DNA of 58,463 bases from Mesotaenium endlicherianum (Eukaryota). The stretch is taken from the NCBI GenBank assembly GCA_009602735.1, contig WELA01002258.1, forward strand, positions 1-58,463, in the 5' to 3' direction. The notes under the pieces are model-generated. The model was not told where the DNA came from. It saw only the letters and a list, made by a program, of their open reading frames with translations, and did no database searches. Shown in pieces: positions 13,101 to 27,249 of the stretch (the first letter of the stretch is position 1; each line of letters starts with the position of its first letter). Made by a program: the position numbers and the translations under genes.

Positions 13101-16100
13101 CCGCTGGTGGAATTTGCCAGCAAGACACACGTGCGTGGTGCGTGCGCAACACACGTCAACAGGACTGCACATGGTGGCGAGTGTGCGTGCTGGCTCTATC
13201 TCACAGCCATTCTTCTTCCATAGCACCAGACAGGCTGCCTCTGCTGGCGGCCCCACCCACCTGGCCGTTGAGGAGGATGTCCATGACGCGATCGCCCACC
13301 CGCGAGTACTGCAGCTCCGCAAAGTGCAGCCGCACCAGGAAGAAGCTGCTGCCGCCGGGAAGCCTCTGCGTCAGCACCTTGCTCAGGCTGGTGGGCACCA
13401 CCATCCCGCCCTTGGCGGCGCCCTTGCTGATGCGCGCGCTCTGGTACACGCTCTGCTCGTATTCGCCAGCCTCAGCAAACACCGCCACGGGCCTGGTGGC
13501 CCACAGCGTGATGGTGTGATTGCTGAGGTCGGTGACACGGTCGTCCGTGAGCCAGGTGCGGCCCTGCGAGTCCAAGAGGGTGTTGCCGCCCGTGTTGACG
13601 CGCTTCACCACCACGCTTATGATGGGCGCGCTGTATGTCTCGCGGTACATGCCCGCCGGTGCCGCCGCCACCTGACGCACAGGGACCCACGCAAATGCGC
13701 ACACGCACACGCCAACGCACAGTGGGCATGCCAGAGGGTGGGTAACGTCCAGACGATGCTCTGCACCTGGGTACGATGGGTCTCATCTTCCACCCGAGCG
13801 GGGGNNNNNNNNNNNNNNNNNNNNNNNNNNNNNNNNNNNNNNNNNNNNNNNNNNNNNNNNNNNNNNNNNNNNNNNNNNNNNNNNNNNNNNNNNNNNNNNN
13901 NNNNNNNNNNNNNNNNNNNNNNNNNNNNNNNNNNNNNNNNNNNNNNNNNNNNNNNNNNNNNNNNNNNNNNNNNNNNNNNNNNNNNNNNNNNNNNNNNNNN
14001 NNNNNNNNNNNNNNNNNNNNNNNNNNNNNNNNNNNNNNNNNNNNNNNNNNNNNNNNNNNNNNNNNNNNNNNNNNNNNNNNNNNNNNNNNNNNNNNNNNNN
14101 NNNNNNNNNNNNNNNNNNNNNNNNNNNNNNNNNNNNNNGGGGGGGGGGGGGGAAACAGTCGCACACCTCGATGGAGTTGATGACAGGCTGCCCCTGGAGA
14201 GGCACCAGCGTGATGGTCAAATTAGTGCCGCTCACCGGAGCACAGAACTCGTACAAGTACGAGCTGAAGGGCGTGGGAATGCTGAAGTTGCCCAGCACCT
14301 GCCACCCGCCAAGCACCCCTGTCACTTCCATGCTCCGCCTAACTGTGCAAGTGTGCACGCTGCCCCCACCCACTTGGCATTTAAACTAACGCAAAAAATC
14401 ATGAGCATGAGAACAGCAGCAAATACTTCACTACCATATACGTGGCAAGGGTAGTGAATAGTGCGAGGGCAGGGGGGGCGGGGGGGGGGGGCAAGCAGCT
14501 CTGACCACGCGGCCGTCCAAGGCAACGGAAAATGCGCGTGTGGTGTTGCCCAAGCTGAGCGGGTCCACCTCCGCAAAGTACAGGCGCACCTGCGCAGGGA
14601 CGCACCCACAGCACACCGGGAAGAATGTGAGCGAGTGCACGTTTGCCTCTGCACAGCACATGCCCAACACGAGCAGAGAGGAGGCTACCACACCGAACTT
14701 GCATGCGCCTCCGTCTCTGCCTCTGCCAATGCCTGAGCAGCAAGCAGCTGAAGCAACAGCAGCAACAGCAGGAGGAGGAGGCACGTGGGTGGAGGATGTG
14801 TGAGAGAGAGAGAGAGAGTGTCAAACCCAGTAGAGGCCAGGCTGGCTGAGGGGGATAATGTAAGAGCCGCCCAGAACGTCCTGGGGCCACGTGCGCTGCG
14901 ACGCCAGCAGGTGCGCATTCAGCCCCACGGTGCTGTACGTGGCCGCCATCACCGACGGCTTGGCCGGCACGGCCTGGCCCCCCGTGTAGAAGCGATCGGC
15001 CAGCCACTGGCGCCCGTACGAGTCGGTGGCGGCGCCGCCTCCGCAGTTGATGCGCACCACCGCGGCCTCGTCTGCGCAGTCGCCGCCCGTTCATTCACAC
15101 ATCGGTGGCCTGTCTGGCACACACAGGGAGGGCAGGGCAGGGCAGGGCAGGGGGAGAGGGGGAGAGGGAGGGAGGTGGGACGGAAAGGAGGGAGGGGGTG
15201 CAGATAATTATCATGAGCTCACCTGAGCGTGGCGGCGGCTGCGAGAGTTGGTCATGGCGCAGCAGTTCCACGGCGCTGAGCATGGGCTGCTGCACCTTGG
15301 AGGCGGCGCTGGCGCGGATCTGCACCAGCAGCAGGCCCGTGCTGTCCCCCTGCACGTTGAAGTCCTTGTACAGCGACGCGTTGGCGCCCGCTTCTTTCAC
15401 AACGTCCAGCTTCTCGTATGCCACCTGTCCAAGCCCTTGGCAGCGCTCAAACATGTGAGCACGGATGGCGCAGGCACCAGCTCTATGCTGCGAAGGGGGG
15501 CTGGCCGTGACCCAGCTCGGAAGGAGGAGCCGGCAGCCACAAAACTACGAAACTATGGCCGTTGGGTCCCTACTGACTGTCCAGACGTGAGGAGAGGAGG
15601 GGAGCGGAGAGGAGAGGGGCACGTACGAAGCCGTTGATGAGGATGTCCATGACGCGCACGCCGGCAGCCGCGTACTCCACCTCGCAGAAGTACAGCCGCA
15701 GCAGATGGAACATCAGGTTGGCGGCCGGCCGCAGCGGCATCGAGATTGTGGGCGTGCCGCTGCTCCCGCTGCGCGCCGAGGGCAGCAGGGCCCTCCGCCC
15801 GGAGCGCAGCAGCGCCGCAGGCACGTAGGTCGGGCCCACGTCCGCGCCTCCAATCACGACATCGTTGCTAACGCTGTAGGGGGCGGTGGAGGCGGGGGGG
15901 GCGTAGAAGATGGGGTCGTCGCCGTAGAAGCGGCGGCCCAGGGAGTCCACCACGTCCTTGCCGCCCACGTTCCAGCGCCCAAATGCGTACAGCGCGGCGG
16001 GTGGCGCCACAATTGTGGAGAAGTAGCTAGCAGCCGGCACTGGCACCACCTGCCCCAGCAGCACCCGTACCCCCACCAGCCGACAGGCAGAGGCAGCAAG

Positions 16101-16537
16101 AGTCAGCAGCAGCAGCAGTAGCAGAAGCAGCAGTAGCAGCAGCAACTCAGCCTCACTCACCATCGGCCAGCACGCATTGGAGATGAGTAAGTCAATGCTC
16201 CCGGGCAGGCAGGGAGAGAGCAACTGACCTCGATGGCATTTACGTAGGGGGTGGAGTCGACAGAGGCGAAGCTGAGGGTCAGATTGGGGCCTGGCACGGT
16301 CGCTACGTACTCAAACTGCTCGTGGCTTGCGAACGCAGATGGGGTGTACGACACTCCCACCTGGCACACAGTCGAGCCAAACCCCACCCGCACCAGCGAG
16401 TTACACTCCGTACTTGCATGCACCTACGCGACAGCTAGGCGCGCGTGTGTTGCCTGTGGCCATGAGCTACTAGCACTGACAGCACTAGTGGTGCAAGGCT
16501 GCCTCTTGGGGGATGCTGGCGTGTAGAGTTGGAGTAC

Positions 16538-16614
<77 letters not shown>

Positions 16615-16615
16615 N

Positions 16616-16651
<36 letters not shown>

Positions 16652-19600
16652 TGGGTGAGGAGGAGGCGGAGAAGCGCACCGGGTTGTCATTGATAACGAC
16701 AGCGAGGTGGCGCAAGGACGTGTTTGCATACTTGAGCTCCGCAAAATGTACGCGTATCTGCCCGACACGCACCCCTCTTTGTCAACATCAAGGTGTGCTG
16801 CAGACGGCCATAATGGGCGCAGGACAGCAGTCAAGCAGACAGACAGGCAGACAGACAGGCAGAATGCATGGCCCATGGCCTGAAACAGTCAAACCTGCGC
16901 ACGTGTGCAGGCACATGGGCTGAGCAGCGAGCAAGCACAGGGGAAGGGGAAGTGGGGAGGGCAAGTCTGCTGCCAAGCCCATTTGCAGCAGCAGCAGCAG
17001 CAGCAGCAACAGTCGCACGCCATCTCCTACCCTACCCTATCCTACCCTACCAAGTAGGTGCCCTTGACGACGGGGATGACGTAGTTGCCGACGCCGCCGC
17101 CACGTGGCCACTCGCGGTAGGATGCCACCACTGGGGCGTCCTGGCTGGTGGACGCAACCAGGAGGGCAGTGGCGTTGTCTGCGGCAGCGACAGCCGTGCC
17201 CCCCTCGAAGTAGGCATCCTCTGTCCACTGCACGTTTCTGGCGTTCTTGTACGCCCCGCCGCCGCAGTTTATGTGCAGAGCACCTGCCGCAGCACCACAT
17301 CATCGCCATCCGGAGGCTTCAGCACATGCTCCTAACTCTGAAGTAAGCACTTCCCCAGGGCCCCGCAGAGAGCCATCCCATCCCTTCTCAAATTGCTGGC
17401 AAGACGTTCGCGCTCCCTGGCAACGTATTCCTCCTCCTCTCACTCCCTCCCTCCTCAGTCGCTAACTGGCCAGCGTGAGCCTCAGCCGAAGAGCGGAGGA
17501 CACTGGCCACAGGGCACAGGGTGCGGACCTGGAGAGGAGGGGGGGGCGGGCAGCATCGTAAAGAGGTAGAGAATTTCAAAGGCGCTGAGGATGGGCTCCG
17601 CCACGCGGCCGCGCGCGTTGGCCACCACCTCCACCACCAGGTAGCCCTGCGGGTCCTCAATCTGCACCACAAAGTCGCGGTGCATGCCCGCATTGGGCCC
17701 CACCAGGCGCACGATGTCCAGCCCCTCCAGCACCAGCTGCACGCGCCCNNNNNNNNNNNNNNNNNNNNNNNNNNNNNNNNNNNNNNNNNNNNNNNNNNNN
17801 NNNNNNNNNNNNNNNNNNNNNNNNNNNNNNNNNNNNNNNNNNNNNNNNNNNNNNNNNNNNNNNNNNNNNNNNNNNNNNNNNNNNNNNNNNNNNNNNNNNN
17901 NNNNNNNNNNNNNNNNNNNNNNNNNNNNNNNNNNNNNNNNNNNNNNNNNNNNNNNNNNNNNNNNNNNNNNNNNNNNNNNNNNNNNNNNNNNNNNNNNNNN
18001 NNNNNNNNNNNNNNNNNNNNNNNNNNNNNNNNNNNNNNNNNNNNNNNNNNNNNNNNNNNNNNNNNNNNNNNNNNNNNNNNNNNNNNNNNNNNNNNNNNNN
18101 NNNNNNNNNNNNNNNNNNNNNNNNNNNNNNNNNNNNNNNNNNNNNNNNNNNNNNNNNNNNNNNNNNNNNNNNNNNNNNNNNNNNNNNNNNNNNNNNNNNN
18201 NNNNNNNNNNNNNNNNNNNNNNNNNNNNNNNNNNNNNNNNNNNNNNNNNNNNNNNNNNNNNNNNNNNNNNNNNNNNNNNNNNNNNNNNNNNNNNNNNNNN
18301 NNNNNNNNNNNNNNNNNNNNNNNNNNNNNNNNNNNNNNNNNNNNNNNNNNNNNNNNNNNNNNNNNNNNNNNNNNNNNNNNNNNNNNNNNNNNNNNNNNNN
18401 NNNNNNNNNNNNNNNNNNNNNNNNNNNNNNNNNNNNNNNNNNNNNNNNNNNNNNNNNNNNNNNNNNNNNNNNNNNNNNNNNNNNNNNNNNNNNNNNNNNN
18501 NNNNNNNNNNNNNNNNNNNNNNNNNNNNNNNNNNNNNNNNNNNNNNNNNNNNNNNNNNNNNNNNNNNNNNNNNNNNNNNNNNNNNNNNNNNNCCCCCTTC
18601 TTCCTTCCCCCTTCAGGATGCGTCCACTCACTGACTCAATCACTCGGTCAACAGCAGCAGGTGCATGCGGAGGGGGAACATCTCCTCCTGACACTCACCT
18701 GGTTGTTGATGCGGATGTCCAGCAGGCGATCGCCGGGCAAGCTCAGCTCTATCTCCGCAAAGTGCAGCCGCACGAGCACAAAGGCCGTTGAAAACAGGGA
18801 AATGTTGTACGTCAGTCTTGCCGGCGGGTCTGTCGGCTGGCCGCCTGGCGCCTTCCGGAAGCTCTGGTAGATGCCAGCTGGCAGCCTGTCGAGGGTGGCG
18901 TTGAGGTTGCTGATGTTGGCCTGCGTGGTGAACACCACGGAGCGCTGCTGCGAGTACCAGGAGCCGTAGTCGTCGCGGTTCCACACGCGCCCCTGGGAGT
19001 CTCCGATGCCGTCACCGCCCACGTTGACGCGGTAGAACGGGAAGAGCAGCGAGGGCGTCGTCACCGCCTCCCTGTACTGCCCCTCCGGCGCCGGGTACAC
19101 CTGCAGGCTCCCTCCCCTCCCGTCACTGTCTTGTGAGCTGTCGCGTGCATTACTGCTGCCGCCGACGTGGTCACTGAGAGTTGCTCATGATGTCCACGGA
19201 CAGGGCCTGATTGATTTCATCTGCTGGAGAGGTCGCAGGCAAAAGAAGGAGCTCTCCGAGGTCATGCATCACTAAGAAAGGGAGAGGGAGTGAAGGCGCC
19301 TGCGGACCTCTATGGCGTTGATGTAGGGCGCGCCAGAGGGGCCGCGGTCGAAGGCGATGGTGAGGTTGGGCGTGGTGACGGGCACGTGCACCTCCTTGAT
19401 GGTCGCAATCACCGGGTACACGCTGTTGTAATCTACGAGCACCTGCCTCGTCACCGCCACCAGCATTTATCAGAGAGCCGGCTGGGCTCGCAAGAGGAGC
19501 AGCAACAGCAGCAGCAGCAGCAGCAGAACTTGGGGACTTCAGAAAAGGGAGTGAGGGAGGGCGGGGAGGGATCTCCAGGCAGGCAGGCTGGCAGGCAGGC

Positions 19601-20561
19601 AGGCAGGAAAAGAAGCAACAGTGGTGGGGAAGAGTGGACTAGCAAGCAGGTGGGAGGGGGGGGAGCTCACAGCGGTGTCCTGGAACTGGACCGTGAAGGC
19701 GCGGTCGGAGGTGTTGCTGTACTCCAGCTCTGCAAACAGCAGCCGCACCTGCAAACCGGCAGCCCGGCAGCCAGGCTGTCATTTCCTGCCCCCTTCCTCA
19801 CTCTCGCTCTGGCTCTCACTCTCTCCTTCTAGAAGCAACAGACGACGTCAGGGAACAAGTCTGGGTGGACCCGCACGCGAGCACTGGCAAGTCGCAGCAC
19901 CAGCACCAGCACAAGAGCACGAGAGCGCGAGAGGACGAGAGCGCGCACCAGGTATAGGCCGGGCCTGGGCACGGGGATCTGGTAGTAGTTGAGCGTCTCC
20001 CCCGAGAACTCGCGGTACGACGCCGCCACCTGCAGCGGCTGGTTGTTGTCCTGCTTTCCCGCCATCAAAGCGTACTTGGCCAGGCTGGCGGGCACAGCCA
20101 CACCCCCTGAGAAGTATCGATCTGCCACGTATGGGAACCCGGCGGGCGAGACCATGTCCTCTCCGCCGCAGTTGATCCGCAGAGTGCCTGCAGGGGTAGA
20201 CAGGCGGTGCAACGCACGGGTTGGCACTCAGAAAGAACGCTCTCGCTGAACTTACATACGGGAGAGAAGGCAAGTTCCTTGCAAAAGAATCAGGCGCTTA
20301 GAAGACCACGGGGCGGTAAGAGACCTGGCTCACTCACAAAGCATGGCCCATGCCTTGCCTACGTATGACTGAAGTGAGGACAGGACTCAGCATCTCCAAA
20401 ATTGTGAAGCTGCTGCCCGCATGTGAAGGGCGAAACTAGGATAGGATCGCTACTCCGCGAACTAGCACGAGGGGAGGAGGGCAGGCCTGAGGCTCGACCT
20501 CCTCCTTGCCCTGGAATCCGACCATGGTATGCATGCAAGTCACTCCTGCCCAGCACAGGAG

Positions 20562-20652
<91 letters not shown>

Positions 20653-23374
20653 NTCTTTCCTACGCCCCCTCTCTCTCTCTCTCCTGCTCTTGCTCGGGCT
20701 TCTCTCGATCTTACCGTCGGGAAAGGGATCAAAGACTTGGGGCAGCGGGCTGTGGCGGAACACTTCCAGCGCGCTCAGCAGGGGCTCCTTCACGGGGCTG
20801 GCGGGAGCGTTGATGACGGCGATGGTGATAGTGCTGCTGCCGGTCGCGGCGGGCACGGGCTGCATGTTGAAGTCCAAGAACATGGCCTTTCTGGGGCCTG
20901 CCAGCCGCACCACGTCCAGGCCCGCGTACACCAGCTGCACCCCCAGCCCAGGAGGAGCATGAGCGCGCGCGCGCGCACACGCAAACACACACACACACAC
21001 ACCCCCACACACGGGGGCACCCTCCCCGTCCTCTGACAGACAGCAGAGTAGCAGAGGAGGGGACTCCTGATGCCATGCTGCATACGAGCATATACCCCCC
21101 CCCCTCAGCCCGGAAGCAGAGACGCAGCAGGCGGCCTGTTTCCAAGAAGTAGCAACAGGACCCCCCCCTGCTACCAGAACAATCGGCATGATGAACGCCG
21201 GCGCCGGTTCAGTACACATACACGCACAGACGCACACATACGCACGCAAAATTGAGTGCAGAGAGGGGCACTGAGTGAGTGACAGGCGGGCCGACCTCGT
21301 TGTTGACGTAGATGTTCATGACGCGCTGGCCGGCGGTGAGGCCCTGAATCTCCGCAAAGTGCAGGCGCGCCGTGTGGTAGGAGGCGTCTATCGCAGGCAC
21401 CACGATGTACAGCCCCACGCCCGTCAGGTTCTGCGCCGCGATGGTGGTGGCCGTCTGGAGCACGCGCAGCGGCAGGAAGTCGGGTGAGATGCCCGTGCCC
21501 GCCACCTGGACGGCGGGGCCCACGCGCACGCTGCTGGTGCGGTTGTTGAAGTACATGAGCGGCACGTCGGGCTTCCACGTGCGCCCCTCCAAGTCCAGAA
21601 AGGGAGCGGGGTCGCCGCCCATGTCCAGGCGCGTGATGGTGCGCATCATCATGGGCGTGTTCACGTTGTTGCGGTACAGCCCCGGGTAGTGGCGCGCCAC
21701 CTGTCAAAGTCGGCGGCACAGCAGAGGCGCAGATGATGACATGCGTGACATGAAGGCTGGCGCAGAGGGTCAGAGCAGAGCAGAGCAGAGCAGATGACCT
21801 GCCAGAGGCTGGGGTCTGGCTGTGCTGCTCCCATGCCTGCCTGCATGGCAGCTCCTGCCAGAAGCATGGGCTACAATCGATTTGGTCGCCGCATCATCAC
21901 CATCATCATCATCTTCATCTTCATCTTCATCAGCAGCTGCAGCAGCAACGCTCAAGGTGCATGCATGCAGGTGCCGGCCCACGCTACGCAGAGCACAGAG
22001 CACACACCAACGGAACAATGGAAGGGCACAAGCGTGTGCGCGTGCAAACAAGCGCGCTCACCTCGATGGCGGAAATGTGCATGGCTGCTTTGATGGCAGT
22101 GAGGGACACCACGATGGCGCTGCCGTACACGGGCACCGAGAACTCCACAAAGTATGGCACCGCCGGGTTTGCCACACTGTACGCCCAATACGCCTGCAGC
22201 AGCAGCATCAGCAGCCATGGCCTTTGCTTCAGCACTCGGCCGCAGGAGGAGTAGCTGCACCCAATTAGATGCAACACAGCGCACCCGGTGGCTATCTTTT
22301 CACTTTATGCCTGACAAGTGCAGCTTGCTCTCCTGCTTCCTGCTGCCCTCGCCACTTCATTTTTTTGGGGGGGGGGAGAGGGGGAGGGGGGCACAGCTAC
22401 CGTGAGTCCGTTGATCACGATAGTGAACGCGCGGTCCGAGGTGTTGACATATGTCAGCTCCATGAAGTGCAAGCGCACCTGCTCCACCCCCCCCCCCCCA
22501 AGCACCACCACGTGCATGCATCCAGCCGCACGGTCTTGATGAGGCACGCAGCCAAGATGACAGGAGACTCCTGCCCATGCCGTGCGCACAGCGCCAGCAA
22601 GCATGCATCATTCTCAATTGTACTTCCAGGAGGGCGTTGGCAGTGCCATGTCCAAGAGCCCTCAAGTCCCACCTTCCCCCCCGTGAGCAAGCTTGAGCCA
22701 CTCCCCCAACAATAACACCTGGCTACCAGCACCTCCAGCTGCTCCTTGCTGGGGTCTAGGGGTGGCTGGACCGCGCTGGACTGCATCTGAGCAGATTGCA
22801 TCAGCGGCAGCCACTTCGTCTGACACGTTACGCTGCCCGCATTTGTGAATGGGATGATACAGCTGGCAGCAGCAAGCCCCTTCTTTTCTTTTTCCCAACG
22901 CCCTGCTGCCTTTGAAGCATGCCCTTCCATCGCAGGCAACTCTTTGCCATCATGCGGTACCTCCACAGTTGTCACATCGCAAAGAGTGAGGGCCCGGTGG
23001 GGGGTGCATGCAGCCTCACCCACTCACAGCAGCTGGCAATCTTTGGGGCCAACACCCTCTTAGAGCAGGCTCCATGCGCTGCAGCTGATCCGGCAATTCA
23101 ATTCTCAAGGGTACCATCCCACGGTCAGGGGGAGACGCGCGTACCCAGAAGTAGCCAGGCGCAGCCACCGAAATATTGTAGGAGCCCACATAGTCCGTGG
23201 GGGCCCACTCACGGGTGGTGGCATACAGCACGTTGTCCTGCAGCAGCAGCTGAGCTCCCAGCGCCGTGCTGTTGGCTGGCAGGCCGCCGAAGTAGCTGCT
23301 GTCGGCCGCCCACGTGCGGTTGAAGTGGTCGACAAAGGCGGGACCGCCGCAGTTGATGCGGATGACTTCGCCAT
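8146..23374 (-). CDS. Multi-exon receptor-like Ser/Thr kinase with ~10 tandem malectin domains (CrRLK1L-like); 5' signal-peptide exon not located
   Basis: Repeated exon sets with RINCGG/NVGG, VRLHFAE and P..SAIE motifs from 23374 down to ~10575. TM exon ~10437-10300 ([27 protein letters not shown]). Kinase exons: [15 protein letters not shown] (~10155-9938), [12 protein letters not shown] (~9395-9244), [16 protein letters not shown] (~9080-8935), [11 protein letters not shown] (~8736-8641), last exon ~8517-8146. GT-AG boundaries. Confidence 0.9.
13805..14138. other. Assembly gap (N run) inside a kinase-gene intron
   Basis: N run flanked by poly-G. Confidence 0.99.
16539..16648. repeat. (GA)n microsatellite, intronic
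   Basis: About 55 GA units. Confidence 0.97.
17749..18592. other. Assembly gap (N run) inside a kinase-gene intron
   Basis: N run. Confidence 0.99.
20562..20653. repeat. Poly-C homopolymer, intronic
   Basis: About 90 consecutive C. Confidence 0.95.
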
Positions 23375-25907
23375 CTGGACGTCACCTCCAATGCAATATG
23401 TACAAACTAACTGAAATGAGCAAACAGAGTGTTCCGCAGCTGTTTTTGACCTCTGCACAGTCAACATTGCTCAATGGCTCTCCAGAAAGCACACGCGCCT
23501 CGTTCCTTCCTTCCGTGCTTCCTCGAGATGACAAGCTTCACGACAGCTTGCATCAGCAAACGCTTCCTGAAAAGCAGGCTGCTGCTCGATGCTGCAAGCT
23601 GCTGTGGCGTGTGGGGACCAAGCACTGAAGTGACATGCAGCAGAGGAGGAGGAGGAGGGGAGCATCTGTGCTTGGATTGCCAGTACACGCCACATGCAGC
23701 TTTGATTGCTGACATATCCCGCCGTAGAGAACCTTGCAGCATATTTGAAACACCTCATCAACCTCATCAACAGGGTTGCATCCAATCAGGCAGTACCAAG
23801 CCTGATGAAACTGTCAGACTGATTCTAACCTAGAGCAGCTCAACTTGACCTATACAGCCACGTAGAGCGACTATCTGCCCCTGCTCCCACCTGCTACATA
23901 CGTGTGCCATTCGACTTGCCGGGAAAATGTCCCTCCTGCACTTTGCTAAAAAGTGGAGCCACATGTTCTCCAGTCAATTCATTTCATTATTCACCATGTT
24001 CAGTTTCTGTACTGTCCTCCTACTTGCTGTAAGTCTGTCATCTATGCCCTTACCCTCTTTGACTCTAATTGCGTTAATGTCAGGGCCCACTTTATCACCT
24101 AAACCACTCAACAAGCCAGCATAGCAGCTAGTCTATACACACGTGTTTTTTTTGATATCCGTACTCATGTTCAAATTATTCAAAAAACGCCCGCTCAATC
24201 ACATAGACGGCTGGTATTTAAGGGTGGAGCCGCTGAAGGCACTTCAACTACATAGCCAATTCCGCTTCAACTTTAAAGACCCTGCAGCTATGCAGCCAGT
24301 CGGGGCATTCAAGGCGGGTACTATCCTGGAGAGGCTTGCATCTTGAGGAGGCGAATGTGCTGGTGAAGGGAAGCTTGCGACAAGCTGGAAACTCATTCTG
24401 AAGCAAATCACCTTCTTTCGACATAAAAAAGTGCTTTTTGTTTTTCATAGCTTGGCCTGGACTGTACAATACGAACTACGAGAGCCTTGATATCAATCAC
24501 ATGCATTCTCAGCAGACATGCGTTTACCTGAACTTTCGCCATTAACGGCTACAAGCAGGACGATGAGAAGCCAGAATGAGCACGCGAAGTGTCCGCGCTC
24601 CATAAACCTCATGTTGGCAATCTACTCCATAGAAGTTTCTTGCCGAGGCATCACGAATAGAGTGCAGCACGACTGTACGAGGCAAGGCATTCAAACTAAA
24701 CTGACGACGAGCAACTATATGAATCTCATAGTCGAGGATTGGAGCAGACAAGACCTGATGTCAATCACCAATTGCAGGCGTATGAAGGCCCGAGCTCTTG
24801 AAGACGTAGCCGACCTCGGAACTCGTACGCGTGAGAGCACTGAGAGGTGAGGATACAAGAGTGGTTTCCACTACAGAGTAACTGGGAACTGACTTGGACA
24901 GGTATGTGGGCAGGCCCCGGGGGGCGATGGTTGACGAGAGTTGACAACGCTGTCACTGTTGTGCACTTGAGACAAAAGAATATCAGATTGCAACTCAATA
25001 AAACAGGCCAGCCGCCCGTGAGCCACGGCCTACTACAAACAACTGTCCATAACAGTCCACAACAGCTCAACAACGGGTTCACAGACCACTTCTTCGTACA
25101 GCCGACCTTGTTAAACTGCTGCATGTAGGCTGCATGTGCAGGAAGGCGTTTGTCCGCTTCTGTCGTCATCCAAAGGGGCGGTAGCAACTTCTCTTTTTCT
25201 CTAGCAGATTAAGAAGCATTTTGACCAGTTCAGTGTGGTTTAAGATAGCTTACAAATATCAAAAAAGGGCCTTCATATATCGTTTTCTATACCGTGGTCG
25301 AAGAGGCATCGATCCAGCTGCATCCGAGCAGCGCTTCACAATACTTGCGACGGTTCACGTGATGGATCATGCTACCCGCTTGCAAACTTCTGTCAGACTC
25401 ATGTTGGGAGCTGCTGAAGCAGCCGAGAGCAGCTGAGAGGGATTGTGGGCTCTAGCATGGGGGGGTGCCTTCAGGAATCCGGGTGACAGCGCCCAGAAGT
25501 GTCGATTTCACCGCTAATTTACTTACTTTTGCTTTTTCCCCAATTCGACCCTTCTATTTTCCCACTAAAATTTCTCGCCATGTTTCACCGTGATTTTTGA
25601 ATCTCCTCCTTTTTAGTCTCTCGTTTTTGGCATGTAAAACCACCCTGCGAATTTGCATCTTGCCCTCTAATCTCTTACCTCTTTTTCCATCACCTTCCCG
25701 TCTATATTTCGACGCTACTTTACTTACTTTTCCTTCCCCAAATCTCCCTCTTAAGTTTCCCACGTGTTTTACCGTTATTTCCGGGTGCCATATCTCCCAA
25801 ATGACCCCTCCCTAGATTTACAGTCTTTGCCCTTACCATCATATTCCCCCAATTATTTTATGTATTCCTGATCTTTCCCCAATCCTTCACCCCATTACCC
25901 CAATCAC

Positions 25908-27133
25908 TGTCGCGACTATTATCCGTTTGACGGTGTCGCACGCGCAGCGTAAGCTACGGCCACCTAGTGCTGAAAGTCAACATTGACTCACCGACCACTT
26001 GACTAATTACATCGCAGTTAGCGGTTATGGCGGCGTCAAGACCACTGGCAAGGGGTCAATGTCAGTGTGCCCCACACCCACGGATGGGGGAGGTTTTGAC
26101 AAGACAGCCGCGAGGCTAGGAGTTGGGGATCAGCAATGAGCCGCCCAGCAAGTACCAGGTCAGGTACTGTGTGACTGGCAGATTAAGCCAGGTCATGGCT
26201 ACAATGCCAAGATAGGTTACGGCCGCCCGGTTGGGAAAACTTGAGCAAGTGGCATTTGCTTGCACGCCGCTCAGGAATTCTTAGCCATGAGCCAATTAGG
26301 CGTGACTGCCAGCTGAGAAGCTAAGCAGCCACGCGCGACAGTCACAAGGTGTGCATGCATGCTGAGTGACTACGAGTTTGAGTTGAGCATGGCTAGGCAG
26401 AAGCGACATGCAGCTAAGTTGTGTGACTAAGCACGGCATTCTCGAAAGATGACGCTGTGTGGTGCCTGCGAAAGGCACGAATCTTGCCTGAGACATGTCA
26501 TTCACTCTCACGCACCTTTGCCAAGAGGCAGAAGGAAAGAGAAGAAGGGCGCGAAGAAGAAGAAGGAGTTCCCAAGGCCATTGGAGGGCCAAAGCCCCAC
26601 GCTTCTGACGACGCTGAAGATTCTTCTGTGTATCATAGATAAGTTAGGATTGTAGGAGTTCCCAAGAGGGAATCTCACGGTTGAAGAAGGAGAACTGCAG
26701 AATAGAATCTGCTAGGAGATTAGCACAGAGTCAGCCGAACGCCACAAGTGTGTGTGTGAAGCAGCCTTAAAATGGTGAGTTGTGTGTTGATTTCCAAGTT
26801 CTCAGAAGTTGCATTCGCATCTCAAAGAGAGAGAGCAGTATTGACAGATAAAGCTCTCAGTGAAGAACTGAGTGAGCCCAGCCTGGCAGTGAAGAGCTGT
26901 TAAGGCGCGGTGTCAAGTGAAGAGCTTGACCCAGGCCAGCATAGACGTAGTTTCAGAGTTTTGTAAGCTGACTTGTGGAAGTTAAGCGAAAGCCTAAAGG
27001 GCGATTTTCTCTGGATCTGACGTTGCATGTCAAGCTGTTTAGAGTGTGATTTCTGCAAATTACAATTTGCTCACCTGTGAATCCAAGAACCTTAAGGGAT
27101 AAAGCCTATGTGGAAGTAAGAGACTTCCGTCCT
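25908..27133 (+). repeat. Terminal repeat X1 (1226 bp)
   Basis: Near-identical to 37210-38435; diverged homologue at 39878-41100. Confidence 0.95.
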
Positions 27134-27155
27134 ACTTCTGAGAACTTTAGTTCTG

Positions 27156-27166
27156 TGGTTCAGGTG
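27156..27166 (+). promoter_or_regulatory. Candidate primer-binding site TGGTTCAGGTG
   Basis: TGG-initiated, ~22 nt after X1, conserved in copy 2 at 41122. Cognate tRNA not identified. Confidence 0.4.
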
Positions 27167-27249
27167 AATAGAAATTCCCAAGCAAATTGGGGATTGAGGC
27201 CTGTGAGGGCTGCCGGTGCTCAACCTGGAAGGGGACCCGGAGAAATTCA

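Noticed and set aside
13114..18870. Long ORFs containing X runs and poly-Q/L/P/RE ORFs
   Set aside because: Artefacts of N gaps, microsatellites and GC-rich antisense frames of the kinase gene.
23400..25900. Possible 5' exons or promoter of the kinase and short ORFs
   Set aside because: No malectin or signal-peptide exon could be assigned with confidence.
26296..26655. Small ORFs repeated at 37598-37957, one resembling a signal peptide
   Set aside because: They lie inside terminal repeat X, recur only because of the repeat, and show no recognisable domain.
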